From contig VRVR01000021.1 of the NCBI GenBank assembly GCA_009859145.1, positions 20,001 to 268,000 of the forward strand: DNA of 248,000 bases, read 5' to 3'. Under the pieces are notes generated by a model. That model ran no database searches. It was not told the DNA's origin and saw only the letters and a program-made list of their open reading frames with translations. This document shows positions 233,019 to 245,025 of the stretch, in pieces; within the stretch, counting starts at the first letter, position 1; each line of letters opens with the position of its first letter. Position numbers and translations under genes: made by a program. The DNA comes from Andalucia godoyi And28 (lineage: Eukaryota > Protista > Jakobida).

Positions 233019-234845
233019 ATGGCTGTTACATCTCCTCCTAGTGGGGAACTCCAAGAGCTGTATCGACTTTGTACTGTGATTTCAAGCGAGTTACCAAGCG
233101 CAGAAGAGCTCCAGGCACGAAACTACCCTCAATTATGTGAATTTGCATCTGCTATTCATGATGTTCACCATATTGTGTCTGCCGATCATGTCTTGTCGGG
233201 TTCAGATTCCGACGCGACTGTGCCGATTTTGACACCGGAGCCGTTTGAAATGCTCAATCAAGCCGCAAGCTGGAACCGAATGCTGCATCCCGAGCACCCA
233301 GACCACGCAAAGCCAGTTCTTCCTGCAATCTACGTGGCTCCGTCTCCTGTGTGGGCACTGTTCATCTGGGCTGCCGCCCCACCTGGAGCGATTCGAGAAC
233401 TCCGCATTCGATGGTCACTGCTTCCAGAAGCGCCTGTTCTGTACTTTTTGCTTGCTGAGCCGTCTTCTAAAGTTACGTACATCGATGGATCTGGGTCCGG
233501 TGCAACTCCCGCAGAGTTTGCTCAGCTTTCCGATGCACTCTGCTCAGGAAGCTCCGAATTGCAAAGCAGTGTCCAGTCCATTGTTCTGCACCACTGCGTC
233601 TGTGAAACGGAAGGCATGGCACACCTTAGCAAGGCGCTGTCGAGTCTCGGCCAGCTTGTCCATCTTGATTTGACTGGATGCAGAATCGGAGATCGCGGAA
233701 CAATTCTTCTCGCTGAAGTACTTGCTCAGCAGAATTGCAGAATTTCGTATGTGGGTCTGTCTGAGAATGCGATATCGGGGGACGGTGCAGAAGCTCTCGC
233801 CCAAGCGATGCGAAGAGGGAGCCGAAGCGTCCGTGTGCTAGACCTTTCGAGAAACACTATTGGCGGCAGCGGATCCAGGAAGTTCGTTAGTGCCCTGCAG
233901 CAGAATGTGTCATCCGAGACGTGCGTGTTGCTGGAAGAACTTGACTTGTCGTGGAACTCAATCAAGGACTCAGGAGCCACAGATGTTGCAGAGCTTGTGG
234001 GATCCCTTTCGCAGACCGCGCCACGCTTGCATACGATTCGAATCCGCGGAAACATGATCAAGGAGGAGGGATCCATCGCACTCGCAAGCGGTCTGAAAAC
234101 TCTCCCAGCAGCCTCCAGCGCACGATCCCCGCTGTCTCGATTGGACCTCAGCGGCAACCAGGTTCGTGACGCCGGATTTGCAGCGTTGTGCACCGCTCTC
234201 CAGCACTCTGCGTGCTCGTTGGACGTGCTTTCTCTCTCCCTTTGTGGAATATCATCGAAAATGATCAGTCCTCTTGTAGAGGCACTGGCATCCCGATCCG
234301 CCGAAGGCAAGAGCTCATTTCGCCTGCGAGAATTGGACCTTTCGTCGAACACCCTCGGGATGAATTTGGAACGTTCCGAGCCGGAGCGGGCACGGTTTTC
234401 TGCGTTCTGCACGGTCCTGTCCTCCCAACCGACGCTGCAGATTCTCGATCTCTCCGAAAACCGGATCTCTGCCCAGTCCGCCGCCTTCCTCGCGCCGGCA
234501 TTGCGGACCAATCGCTCACTGTCCACGCTACGACTGAAGAGAAATCGCATTGAAACTGCTGGCTTGCGTTCATTGATTCCTGCGCTTGTCGAGAATCTTT
234601 CTGCCCCGTCGTCCGTCCTTTCACTTATTGATCTTGGAGAAAACGAGATTGGAGCAGAGGCCATCCATGCACTGGTGGATGTTCTGAAACCACTGGATTC
234701 CAATGACAATGCAAGCACACGCTCGGGCGTCAGCGTGCTGGTTCAGAGGAATGCAATCCCAAAGGATTGGAAGCCTCACGGAGCATGGCACCGCATCCGA
234801 GTTTCTGCCGATGAACCGAAAGCGATGAAGCCGATTGTTTCGTGA
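233019..234845 (+). CDS. RNI-like LRR protein
   Basis: Repeated LxxLDLSxNxI. Confidence 0.85.
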   Translation: MAVTSPPSGELQELYRLCTVISSELPSAEELQARNYPQLCEFASAIHDVHHIVSADHVLSGSDSDATVPILTPEPFEMLNQAASWNRMLHPEHPDHAKPVLPAIYVAPSPVWALFIWAAAPPGAIRELRIRWSLLPEAPVLYFLLAEPSSKVTYIDGSGSGATPAEFAQLSDALCSGSSELQSSVQSIVLHHCVCETEGMAHLSKALSSLGQLVHLDLTGCRIGDRGTILLAEVLAQQNCRISYVGLSENAISGDGAEALAQAMRRGSRSVRVLDLSRNTIGGSGSRKFVSALQQNVSSETCVLLEELDLSWNSIKDSGATDVAELVGSLSQTAPRLHTIRIRGNMIKEEGSIALASGLKTLPAASSARSPLSRLDLSGNQVRDAGFAALCTALQHSACSLDVLSLSLCGISSKMISPLVEALASRSAEGKSSFRLRELDLSSNTLGMNLERSEPERARFSAFCTVLSSQPTLQILDLSENRISAQSAAFLAPALRTNRSLSTLRLKRNRIETAGLRSLIPALVENLSAPSSVLSLIDLGENEIGAEAIHALVDVLKPLDSNDNASTRSGVSVLVQRNAIPKDWKPHGAWHRIRVSADEPKAMKPIVS

Positions 234846-235014
234846 CGCGAGGAGCATGCGGTGAGAGTGCGAAGCCCAGGGGGAGAAAAATGTGTGAATT
234901 CAAGACGCTGCAATCCTTATATTATTACTTCCCGGCTGTACTTTTATGACTAACACACGCGGAATCGAATAAATTACACACAAATCACTCACACGCTTAG
235001 TCTGCTGATGTGTG

Positions 235015-235455
235015 TTACTTGTCCGAAACACCGCCCTCGCGAAGATTGATGCCGTACTCCAAGTACGCCTTCAGGGAGCAGAGCATATGCATCCACCCCT
235101 TTGTCTGTCCATACGACTGCTCCAAGTTTGCTGGGGCGTCGTCCCACCCAGTTTCGATGACCTCGACAAACGTGTTTCCCTCGTTGAGTGCACGGAACGT
235201 CATGGCAAACTTGTTATTAGTGCCACTTGCAGGCCACTCTATCACAATGCGTTCGTTTGGAACAACTTCGATTACCACCACTTTGAAAGTAACGCCGAAC
235301 TCCGCAAACGACCACGTGAGCTCTGCGCCAGGTTCGATGCGACCGCTTGCAGTACTCACAAAGTACGACGACAGCTTCTGCGGGTCCGCCACCGCTTCAA
235401 ACACCTCTGTTGCAGGTTTCCGAACCTTGATCCCGGCTTTTGCATAGTAAGTCAT
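235015..235455 (-). CDS. SRPBCC/AHSA1 protein, bacterial type
   Basis: MTYYAKAGIKVRKPATEVFEAVADP...GWMHMLCSLKAYLEYGINLR. Confidence 0.85.
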   Translation of the reverse strand: MTYYAKAGIKVRKPATEVFEAVADPQKLSSYFVSTASGRIEPGAELTWSFAEFGVTFKVVVIEVVPNERIVIEWPASGTNNKFAMTFRALNEGNTFVEVIETGWDDAPANLEQSYGQTKGWMHMLCSLKAYLEYGINLREGGVSDK

Positions 235456-235924
235456 CCACTCTAATATGCTGCTGCCCTCGCAAATCAACACGCAACAAAA
235501 ACGATTTCCCACACTTGCTCGCGAGTCGCCCCCCACATCCCCCCGCACTTTTTGTGTTCCCAGCTGTCCCGGCGCCCCGACTCCCGACTCCTGACTCCCG
235601 ACTCTCGACTCCCGGAGTGCTCTTACAACCTCACCCAATTCTGCTTTTGCGGGACAAACGGCAGTCGTAAAAATTAAGAAAACCTCTCTCTCACACGCGC
235701 AACCATCCTCCAACACGATCGTACATGCGTTGTGTGTCCTCAAGCGCAAAGCTGCAAAGTGCAAGTGAGGATTATTTGGATCGCATCTCGTTCGCCATTC
235801 TTCAAAATGCTTCATCTTTTGTTTTCTTTCATTCCGCTCATACGTATCAAAGAAGGAAGAGGAAGGGAAAAGGAAGGGTGCTCGGAAAAAAAACAACGCC
235901 CCCCCACTGCAGCGCACATAGTCA

Positions 235925-237375
235925 ATGAATCGTGCGTCTTCGACATCCAAGCCTGGTGCTTCAGTGCACTCGATCGCGGCGCGATGCGAACTGCGCTTGG
236001 AGGTTTCTAGTCCGGTTGCGATCATGCTGAAGTCTGGCGAGGCCGAAGTGTTTGGGGCGGCGCTCACTGCAAGCCAGCCTGTTTTGTACAATCAACACGC
236101 TAAACTTTCTGTGTTTTCGTGGAATGGGGCACAAATTGAAATCATCGGGGAGCCATCAGACTATGAGCTCTATCAGGCCTCCGAGACGCCAATTCCTCAG
236201 CACTTGCAACTCTGGGACGAGCTCATCCAACACCCCTCCACGTATGCCTTTATGGTTATTATTATTGATTTATTGATTTATCTATCTGTTGATTGGTGTT
236301 GTTGTCGTTACAATTTTCTTACAGTTTGCAATGTCCCGAGTTGTCTAGATTGTCCAAGAAGCGGATCTTGATATGTGGACCTGTGGACTCGGGCAAGTCT
236401 TCGCTGGCCCGGATGTTTGCGTCGTGGACTTGCCGAAGCGGTCGACCGTGCATCGTCAGTGACTTGGATCCGTCGCTTCCACTTACCGGGCCTCCAGTGT
236501 GTTTATCTGCGGTCCACACTGCGGTGCCCATTGATACCGAGTACGACGCGGACCTCTTGGCTCCGCTGTCTGTGTTTTATGGGAATCCGTCGCCGGCTGA
236601 CAATGTATCTGTGTACCAGTCGTGCGTTGCGGCGTTGTTTCGGCATTTGGATGAGAAGCCGCCGGCGAACACTAGTCCTTGGATTGTGTCTGCTGCCGGG
236701 TGGGTCGATGACGTGGGCATCACGGTGCTGCGCGACGTTGCTGTGTCGATGAGTGCAGATATTGTGCTGGTGCTTGGTGACGACCGTTTGGCTTCGAGAA
236801 TGAAGAAGGATCTTGAGCAGCACAAAATCCAGGTTCGAAAAATTGCGAAATCAGGGGGTGTCGTTCAGCGAAGTGTGCAGTCCCGCTCTGCTGCGCGATC
236901 TCTCATGTTCAAGAGGTACTTTCAAGGTCTGCCGATTCAGATCGGGTCGGCCACGTACCTGAAATCAGGATTTGGTTTGCATCCAAATTCACTGGTTCTG
237001 TCGTTTGACGAGATTCGTATTGTGGCCGTAGGGGGCGGTCCTCGAGCCCCCGAGTCGTGCTTGCCAATCGGCGAGTCCCAGTCGCTGGATCCATTTCGAA
237101 TACGGAACATTCAGCCAAGCGAGGTCAGAGACTCCGTCCTGGGTGTTGTCGGCGGACCCATAGCGGCTGCTTTTCTGGAGTCGAGAGAAAAGCCTGCTGG
237201 ATCAGTCCCGAAGGATAATCCGCTGCAGAATGCGTTTTGGAACATGCCGATTGCAGGGCTTGTGTTTGTCCAATCTGTCGATGTTGAAAAGAAACTCATC
237301 ACCATTCTTGCGCCAAACTCATTTCCTCTTCCTTCCAAAGTTTTTCTTAGCGGCTCTGTAAAGTGGATTGAATAG
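235925..237375 (+). CDS. CLP1: CLP1 polynucleotide 5'-kinase, one intron
   Basis: ELRLE, SGEAEVFG, SWNGAQIE, GPVDSGKSS and SGGVVQRS. Confidence 0.88.
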
Positions 237376-237377
237376 TT

Positions 237378-237379
<2 letters not shown>

Positions 237380-237451
<72 letters not shown>

Positions 237452-237475
237452 GTAACAATAGTAACAATAGTAATA
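237380..237475. repeat. (AAT)n microsatellite
   Basis: Seen directly. Confidence 0.9.
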
Positions 237476-237544
237476 CAAAAAAGCACCGGGACTACTAGCA
237501 AGCGCGGACTGGCACACCTGAATTCTCCGTTGCCCGCCGCTGGC

Positions 237545-237860
237545 CAGAAAACATGAATCACGACTGGTCATCGGGCAGGATCATCGAAATCAACATATCC
237601 CTCAATCGATTCAACATTCAAAAATGAACGTTGGAGGAAACAGAATGTAATCGGCGAACGACATCGCGCCTGACGACGCTTTTACCTTTGCTCCTTCTTG
237701 TTCTCTGACTTGAAAGCGCATTCCGAACGCGCAATCGATCACATCTTCGTGATTTAAAATATCTTGCTCAGCAAGAACAGAAGATAGTAGAAAGAAAAGA
237801 AAAGTGGACTTGACTGCGGTAAGGAAATCGTACTGTTTGACGTTCAATGTTGACACAGAA
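237545..237860 (+). repeat. Degenerate family D copy
   Basis: gccagaaaacatgaatca start and gacttgactgcggtaaggaaatcg end motif. Confidence 0.45.
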
Positions 237861-238067
237861 AGCTGTCAGCTGTACGACACCATCCATCCAGTCGACTGTC
237901 TAAATGTAAATAATGCAAAGATATGTTCCGTCTTATCACGTGACGCGCGACCCAAACGAAGGTATGGTTGTCTTTTTGTGTGTGTTGGTTTGAACAGTCT
238001 CGTGTCAAGCAGCATATTTGCATCGTCATCTTCCAAATGCCTGCATACAGGTAAGAAGCTTGCAGTT

Positions 238068-239057
238068 ATGGAAACCGAGTCTCTTTTGCAACAACAGTCC
238101 TCTTCACCTGCTCCTGGGTCGCCGCCGCAGCGTCGTGCAATGTCCGGGCGGTCGCAAGAGAGTGGGCCAGTGCGGATTCCACGGGCACTTGGTGCTTCAC
238201 AGCTGGACTCGCTCATTCTGCAAGCGGATGTTGAGAGCATGCTTCGGATGCAGTGGAAACGCATATTTGCGCTTGCAAGCCCCGTCTTTCGAGATGATTT
238301 CCAAGCAGATCTCGAGGCTCTCTTTTCTCTGTTTTTGTTTCGGTATACATTGTGGACTAACTACCAGACGTATTCAGACAAGCTGCTCGATATTTCGTAC
238401 CGCATTGCAAACAAGGAAAAGATGACGCTTGCGAATCCGTCTCGACTCCGTCTTTTATGCTATGCCGTTGTAACAGTCGGAATTCCGTATTGCTATCAGA
238501 AGTTCGTTTCACTGCAGTTCACGAATGCAAAGATCATTGAGCGCGCCCATCTTCTTCTGGAGATTCTGAACCGATATCTGTTTTTGTGGACTGGCGAGTT
238601 CCGTACCGTTGCCGACCGTGTCTGCCAAATGCGACTCTTGCCTGTACGCACTGCAACCCCGCGCATCCCTTACTACGACTTCCTGCATCGCCAGCTTGTC
238701 TGGAAAACATTTTCCGAGTTTGCGTTGTTTGTCTATCCGCTAATTAAGTCCCGCATCTGCAGAGTACGAACCATGCTGCTGCGAACCGTGTTTCGGACGC
238801 TTCGATCGCCGAAACATGACCGTGGCCAACGACTGTCTTCACAGGATACCCTGGCGCCCACCACTGGTGCGTCGACCATTCCGCGACAGTGCCATGCGTG
238901 TGAAGCAAGTCCCACAAAGTTTCCGTGTGCAGCTTCTTGTGGCCACGTCTTTTGCTACATGTGCATTGCAGGCTCTGTCGAGGCAAATCCGGACGCTGCG
239001 TGCCCTGTGTGCTATGCGCAGTGCTCGCCTATTCGCCTGTTGTTTCCCGCTCCTTGA
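238068..239057 (+). CDS. PEX2: Peroxin 2 (PEX2)
   Basis: RALGASQLD, RQLVWKTFSEF..F and C-terminal RING CHAC...CGHVFCY.C...CPVC. Confidence 0.88.
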   Translation: METESLLQQQSSSPAPGSPPQRRAMSGRSQESGPVRIPRALGASQLDSLILQADVESMLRMQWKRIFALASPVFRDDFQADLEALFSLFLFRYTLWTNYQTYSDKLLDISYRIANKEKMTLANPSRLRLLCYAVVTVGIPYCYQKFVSLQFTNAKIIERAHLLLEILNRYLFLWTGEFRTVADRVCQMRLLPVRTATPRIPYYDFLHRQLVWKTFSEFALFVYPLIKSRICRVRTMLLRTVFRTLRSPKHDRGQRLSSQDTLAPTTGASTIPRQCHACEASPTKFPCAASCGHVFCYMCIAGSVEANPDAACPVCYAQCSPIRLLFPAP

Positions 239058-239059
239058 CG

Positions 239060-239240
239060 CCGCCCCCGTCGTCGCAACCACGAGTTTCTTGGTTCTCGGT
239101 GTCTTCGGGCATGGCCGGTTTTGAGTTTGTTGGGAAGATCCCTCTTTGGAGCCATGAGATGTTTTGTCTTTGTCTTTGACGAGGTGGTTGCTGCTTGAAG
239201 GTTTGATTATGAAAAAATCAAACATGTTGTTAAGCTGCCA
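239060..239240 (+). repeat. Family D partial copy
   Basis: ttcgggcatggccggttttgagtttgttgggaagatccctctttggagccatgagatg, directly after the PEX2 stop. Confidence 0.8.
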
Positions 239241-239460
239241 GCCGTGTTCTTGGGCAGCATATCGGATGCTTGTTCGAGACCTGTCGACTGCGGAATGGCT
239301 GCACAACCAAACACGAAACTTTTAGAAAAGCGCCAACATAAACAAATCAAATCCAACATGCCAATCTTCATGGTAGTAGTAGACGTAGTAGTAGACGTAG
239401 TAGTAGACGTAGTGACTCTGTGGGATAGATCAGTCAGAGCGGATAAGGACCAAAGAGACG

Positions 239461-242400
239461 ATGGATGCGTCAACGGTCGACGAACATCAAGAAGAAGATG
239501 CAGCAATTGGGATTTACAAAACATACGTTGCTAAACACGGATTATTTCGGGTTTTCCGCTCCACGTTTCAAGAATTCAACCGCATTGTTGCGCTTGTTCT
239601 TCCTGAAAACCCATACAGTGTCATTCTTGGAATCCTTTCGTCACAAGAAGTCGGAAATTTAGTATCGAATGCCTCTGCGCCACAGCCTGCTGCGCTAGGA
239701 GATATGAAAATCGATGTCGTTCTGTTGAATGGTAAGACTCTTCCGTATCCGCTATGCAGAATGCCCAGTGAAAAGAACCCGATCACAGGGCTTCGCCACT
239801 TGTTGGGGCACGTGCATCCATTGTACATCCACGCTCTACGATGCATCATCGCGGCGTTTCAAATTCCCGACATAGAAGAGTGCGCCATGACATCACCGGC
239901 GACGGCATCCGCAACGGCAACTGCTGCAAGTGGAGCGAAGACGTCGGAATCATCGAGGATGCACGTGGAGTCTGCAACGGCCGTTGTGATCCCGACAGTG
240001 TTGTTTCCAAACATCATCAAGAACCTTGCGTGCCCTTTGTGTGTCCGAGAGCACGTACTGATTACGTGCACGGGAATGGAACACGGTTCGCAGGTGCTCG
240101 CGAGACTTGTGTACTCGCAAGTCCGTGCGATCATGGGAAACAACCCCATGCGATGTTCTCTCCAGCGGGCTGTCCTCCAGTTTCCCCATCTTCTGGACGC
240201 CGAGGACCAGGAAATCCCAATGGATGTGCTCGCCGCAGCCCCGCAACAAAAGGATGAATCGGTCCGAAGGCTAACGGATATCCTCGGCGGTGTTCTTGAA
240301 AAGTGCCCCGACATCAAATTCGAATTCTTCCTTGACACGGCAACAGTTTCTCCGCAGCAAGACTTGCGCTTCCCGTCTGCAGAGTTTTCGAGGTTCACGG
240401 ACCATCGGCTCGTGTTGGTTTGCAAGACGTTGTCGGTTTCCCTCAAAATGCAGTCGGACAGCCGAGTTGTCTCCATCAGTCACTTCACTGGCTTTCCAAT
240501 GCGACTGTTATTGGAGGGAGTGTTTCTGGACACGGACTCGGCTGCTCGCTACATCTCGTGGTTCGATCTGGGCTCTCAGCCAATGGAAAAGAGCATTTTG
240601 CGCATGAAGGTGTCCTATGCGACATCGTTCAAGAAAACAAACACTGTCGGAAAGTCGTTTTCTGCTGCCGTGGATGCCCTGCTCCCATATCTTTTGCTAC
240701 AATTGACAGATTCGGATGCCGATGGACCAATCCTTGATGAGCTTCAAAGCCTCCTTGGATCACAGTTTGTTGAAACTTGTCAGCAGGTCCAGGGTTCTTG
240801 CTGCGCACTCTTGGCAAATGAATCGCTGTGGGGTACTTGCATGCCGTCACAAATCGTTCGGTCGTTGCGATTGCTTGTCAAGTCCATCGCCCTCTCGGAT
240901 GCCCTCTGTCAAGCTCCGTTTCTTGAGGCCTGCATTCGCGTGGTTGAGAAGGTTGACGGGCAAAAAATGGCGAACAAGACACCGGCTGTGAATATGTTGA
241001 AGCGTCTCGACGATCTTGTGCTCGCCTTACTCAATTCATCGCTGTTCCTGCTGTTCAACGCAAAGCATTTGCATGTTGGTTTGTGGGTCGAGAATCAGTT
241101 CCAAATGAAACAGTTTTTCCATTATCCAAGTCTTGCCGAGACGAAAGACACGGACCAAGTGCTTTCGACGTATGTTCCTTATGAAGTCCGACGGTTTCAA
241201 CGGTTTCTGCTGGTGCCAGACGGCGTGGTTACTGAATCTGTACTTGCTCAGTACTACGTCGATTCGCAATTGGATTCTTTCCTGCAGGATTGCTTCCAGG
241301 CCTGCTTTCGATCAGATCCATTGACGCCGTATCCGTTGATGTTGATTGTCGATTTAGCGAAACAGCGGTACATGTCCTATCGCTTGTCTCTCTTCCTGGA
241401 GGCTGTGGAATCGAACAGGAGCCTGAGTATTTCCTTCTCGTCTGACCCGCAAGATGTGGTTTCGGCAAGCACGACGTCGTCGTTATCAAACGGGGTTGTT
241501 TCCTTTTACGGTTCCAAGATCGCATTGGCGATGTTTGCAGCAATTGAGCAGCCAGTGTTTCGCGAACTGGCGTTTCAAATCTTGTCTGTCGTCGTGGAGA
241601 AATCTGTCCCGCCTTTTGGGTTTGAAGGGCCCACGTTGGCCATTATGGGAGGCTCGTACAAGGTCGATTCTTGCATGGCACTGCGACTCCCGTGTGTCAA
241701 TGTGGACGGAAGCTCAATGACAAGCAGCTGCTGCAGCTTCGTGGTGGAAGAACTGTACATCGTTGAGGGCCCTGACACGCACGACGGATTGCTGTACGCT
241801 ATTGAAGTGTTTCTTACACGAATTGTAGACGCTCTGAATCGCGTTGGAACTGCCACGATTGATGCTCAGCAAACGGCGCAGTTTTATCCGCTATTTGTTT
241901 CCATCGGTGCACAAGCCAGAGTTCCGGTGTACGAACTGCTCTCTGATTTAAATGGTGCGATGCAGAAAATTTCAACGCACCTGTGGGCCGGTGATGCCTC
242001 TGATGTGTGCGTTGAGGGCGCTGTTGGGTACCCGTCAGATTTACGGGGCTCTCTTGTACGTGGTCCGGTTTGCATTCGATGGGCAAAGTATGTGAAATTT
242101 GCATTCCGATCAAGCAGCACTCGAGTGCGACGTGATTTTTCCAGGTTTGGCGTCGACCGATTGGACAGTTGCCTGTTCTTTTCAAAGTCCGACTGCTCGA
242201 CGTTTGAAAAGATCTGTCCTCGTCCTCCCATGCCGTCAGCCATCCAGCATGCTTCCCTTCTTGAACTTGCATCACAGGATCTGATAGCAGTTTGGCGTCG
242301 CAGTTTTGAGGAGGGGCAGTGCTACGCTTTCATGTCCTTGTCAAGCCTGGTGTGGCTGCAGTCTGTGAAAGGTGCTCTGTCGTTCCCGGAACCGTCCAAT

Positions 242401-242910
242401 CTCAAGCATTGGCTGAAAGAGAACCACCATCGTCTTCAGAATGGCATCAATTTGGACCAGGACCGGGCCCGCGAGGAAACAGAAACAGAAATGTCCTTTG
242501 GGAAATCCATCTTTTACGACACCTCGCGCTTGTCGTTCTGTATTTCCAATTGGACGACAGCATGCGCTCCGTTCCTGAGCTTCCTGGAAATGCTCGAAAC
242601 CGCATTACCGCTGCCCGATTTTCTAGAGGCCTCTTGCACTGCGCAATTTTTCGACTTGAAATCAAGATCCCGTGTGCTGCTGGAAAATCGACAATGGTAC
242701 AACTGCTTCTTCTATGAAGACTTGATCGCGGCACATCGCGTGTTTTCCAGCATGGATCCCTCTATGTTTTTCAGTGATTCCATGGCAACCTTCCGGCGTC
242801 AGTTTGCCTCGTATATACGACTCTCTGTACAAAATGCGGCCACCACCGTTTTCCGTCAGCTGTCGAAATCAGAAGCGCAAGCTCGGCAGCTTCTGTCGCT
242901 GGTTGAATAG
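239461..242910 (+). CDS. Large hypothetical protein
   Basis: 1149-aa ORF; possible Dpy-30/AK-like N-terminal helix. Confidence 0.55.
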   Translation: MDASTVDEHQEEDAAIGIYKTYVAKHGLFRVFRSTFQEFNRIVALVLPENPYSVILGILSSQEVGNLVSNASAPQPAALGDMKIDVVLLNGKTLPYPLCRMPSEKNPITGLRHLLGHVHPLYIHALRCIIAAFQIPDIEECAMTSPATASATATAASGAKTSESSRMHVESATAVVIPTVLFPNIIKNLACPLCVREHVLITCTGMEHGSQVLARLVYSQVRAIMGNNPMRCSLQRAVLQFPHLLDAEDQEIPMDVLAAAPQQKDESVRRLTDILGGVLEKCPDIKFEFFLDTATVSPQQDLRFPSAEFSRFTDHRLVLVCKTLSVSLKMQSDSRVVSISHFTGFPMRLLLEGVFLDTDSAARYISWFDLGSQPMEKSILRMKVSYATSFKKTNTVGKSFSAAVDALLPYLLLQLTDSDADGPILDELQSLLGSQFVETCQQVQGSCCALLANESLWGTCMPSQIVRSLRLLVKSIALSDALCQAPFLEACIRVVEKVDGQKMANKTPAVNMLKRLDDLVLALLNSSLFLLFNAKHLHVGLWVENQFQMKQFFHYPSLAETKDTDQVLSTYVPYEVRRFQRFLLVPDGVVTESVLAQYYVDSQLDSFLQDCFQACFRSDPLTPYPLMLIVDLAKQRYMSYRLSLFLEAVESNRSLSISFSSDPQDVVSASTTSSLSNGVVSFYGSKIALAMFAAIEQPVFRELAFQILSVVVEKSVPPFGFEGPTLAIMGGSYKVDSCMALRLPCVNVDGSSMTSSCCSFVVEELYIVEGPDTHDGLLYAIEVFLTRIVDALNRVGTATIDAQQTAQFYPLFVSIGAQARVPVYELLSDLNGAMQKISTHLWAGDASDVCVEGAVGYPSDLRGSLVRGPVCIRWAKYVKFAFRSSSTRVRRDFSRFGVDRLDSCLFFSKSDCSTFEKICPRPPMPSAIQHASLLELASQDLIAVWRRSFEEGQCYAFMSLSSLVWLQSVKGALSFPEPSNLKHWLKENHHRLQNGINLDQDRAREETETEMSFGKSIFYDTSRLSFCISNWTTACAPFLSFLEMLETALPLPDFLEASCTAQFFDLKSRSRVLLENRQWYNCFFYEDLIAAHRVFSSMDPSMFFSDSMATFRRQFASYIRLSVQNAATTVFRQLSKSEAQARQLLSLVE

Positions 242911-242997
242911 CAAGTGCTGCTTTCATCCTTCTTTAATCAAAAAAGGAAAAGAAAGAAGATGGAAAAAAATTAGCGATAAAATCTCCCCCCGCAGGCT

Positions 242998-245025
242998 TCA
243001 CACACGATTGTCTGCGCAAGAGACTGGGCTGGCCGACACCGAAACTGCATCCAATGGCTCCAATTGCCTGACGGTGTGCCGTATGGTCTGTTTCTCGACG
243101 AGGTTTCGATAGATTCCGTGGGCATTTTGCATCAGACTGTCATGAGTTCCTTCTTCAGCGATCATGCCCTTATCAAGCACAATCACGCGGTCAGCCATTT
243201 GCACGGTCGACAGTCGGTGAGCTACCATGATGACTGTTCTGCCCTTTGTGACTTGCGACATGGCTTCTTGGAAAGCATGCTCAGCCTCTGCATCCAACGA
243301 GGATGTTGCCTCGTCAAGCAGAATGACGTCTGGATTTCGCAAGATGAGACGCGCAATGGCGATGCGCTGTTTCTGACCGCCACTGAGCTGCACTCCTCGG
243401 GGACCGACAACCGTATTGTATTGATCCGGTAGGGATATGACAAAATCATGAAGTTGCGCAATCTTGGCGGCTTGCACAACGGCCTCTTCTACTTGTCCTG
243501 AAGCGGCGGAAGACGACAAGGCACAGCGAATATTGTCTGCGATTGTTCCACTGAGAATTGTTGAATCTTGACTGACAATCCCGATTCGAGACCGGATGGT
243601 CTTTTCTTCGATGGTGGCAATATTTCGTCCATCAAGAAGGATGCAGCCTGAAGAAGGGTTGTACAGACGCAATAGCAAATGTAAAATTGTGGATTTTCCT
243701 CCGCCGGAAGCCCCCACCAACGCAACCACTTCGCCCTTTCGGATCTCGAGCGACACGTCTTGCAGAACAGGAACATTGGGCCTCGAAGGATACGCAAACC
243801 GCACGCTCAACATTTCGATTTGTGGCGCTGCTCGATCCTCAGAGGTGCTGGACCGCGGAGAAGAAAGCCGGGCGGCGGCGGTGGTGGTGGTGGTGGAGGG
243901 ACCTTCCAGCAAAAAATTTCCAGCCTCCGCATCGCAGGCTGCAGACCTGACGCGGGGCTCCTTGTCTTGCTGCCGCGCGTTCTGCGTCTGCGAATCGAGC
244001 ACAATATCCATCATGTCCTCGGCTCCTCCAACATTCCGCATGAAGTCTCCGGCTTGGTGGGACAATGCACCCAAAGCGTGCGCGATCAGCACAGCGTACA
244101 ACACAAACGACGTCAAGTCTCCCACAGACAAGTTTCCGTCTCTCAACAGTTTGGCGCCGTACCAAAAGACGAGAACTATCGACATGTAGGACAGCCACTC
244201 TGCGCCGCCCTGGAACGTTCCCACTGCCACTGCCATCTTTTTCCCCCACAAATAAGACACCCCAGTGGCCACATCACACCGGTCCTGTGCAAGCTTTTCT
244301 AAACTAAACGCTTTCAGAAACCGAACGTTTGAAAGGCTCTCTTCGGCGTAAAAGTTTGCCGAGGCGACGCTGGACTGGTAGGATCTGGATAACTTGCGAA
244401 CAACCATGGAGTACACGATGCCTGCAAGTGCCAGCACCGGAAACACCGAGCTCATCACGAGTGCGAGTGTCCAACTAATGTAGAGCAAAATGCAGATTCC
244501 TCCAACAGCCTGGATAGCAAAGCGGACTGCCATTGGCAAGTGCAGCGATGTTGCAGCTCTGAGCAACGCGGTGTCGACGGAAACCATCGAAGAAAGCCCG
244601 CCGGCGTTCGGATGCGTGTCAAAGTACGACACAGGCTTACTCAGGAATGACGATATGAGAAGTGACCGCACATGTGCCGTCGTCCGCTCTCCTGCGTACG
244701 CGAAGAGGAACCCTCGCACAGCCGTGCAGACAGCTCCGACTGACAGCACAATGGCCAGAATTCCAGCTCGCGCTCCAAGCTCGCTTTCTGATTTCGCATC
244801 GATGAGAATCCCGACACTCAAGGGCACATACAGATTCACTGCGACGGACAGCAGGAGTGCGAAAAGCCCCATCAGCAGAAGATGCCACTCAGGTCTGCAA
244901 AGGAGCATGCATCGCTTGAAAAGGGAAAACGACGACTTCACTCGAGATTTGATGGCAGGATCCGAGCCAGTGTCGGCCGATGCAGAAGACGATGGCAGAC
245001 TGCGCGGATAATATAGTGCGCGCAT
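242998..245025 (-). CDS. ABCB half-transporter (ABCB10/TAP-like)
   Basis: TM domain, GASGGGKST, LSGGQKQRIAIAR and LLDEATSSLD. Confidence 0.93.
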   Translation of the reverse strand: MRALYYPRSLPSSSASADTGSDPAIKSRVKSSFSLFKRCMLLCRPEWHLLLMGLFALLLSVAVNLYVPLSVGILIDAKSESELGARAGILAIVLSVGAVCTAVRGFLFAYAGERTTAHVRSLLISSFLSKPVSYFDTHPNAGGLSSMVSVDTALLRAATSLHLPMAVRFAIQAVGGICILLYISWTLALVMSSVFPVLALAGIVYSMVVRKLSRSYQSSVASANFYAEESLSNVRFLKAFSLEKLAQDRCDVATGVSYLWGKKMAVAVGTFQGGAEWLSYMSIVLVFWYGAKLLRDGNLSVGDLTSFVLYAVLIAHALGALSHQAGDFMRNVGGAEDMMDIVLDSQTQNARQQDKEPRVRSAACDAEAGNFLLEGPSTTTTTAAARLSSPRSSTSEDRAAPQIEMLSVRFAYPSRPNVPVLQDVSLEIRKGEVVALVGASGGGKSTILHLLLRLYNPSSGCILLDGRNIATIEEKTIRSRIGIVSQDSTILSGTIADNIRCALSSSAASGQVEEAVVQAAKIAQLHDFVISLPDQYNTVVGPRGVQLSGGQKQRIAIARLILRNPDVILLDEATSSLDAEAEHAFQEAMSQVTKGRTVIMVAHRLSTVQMADRVIVLDKGMIAEEGTHDSLMQNAHGIYRNLVEKQTIRHTVRQLEPLDAVSVSASPVSCADNRV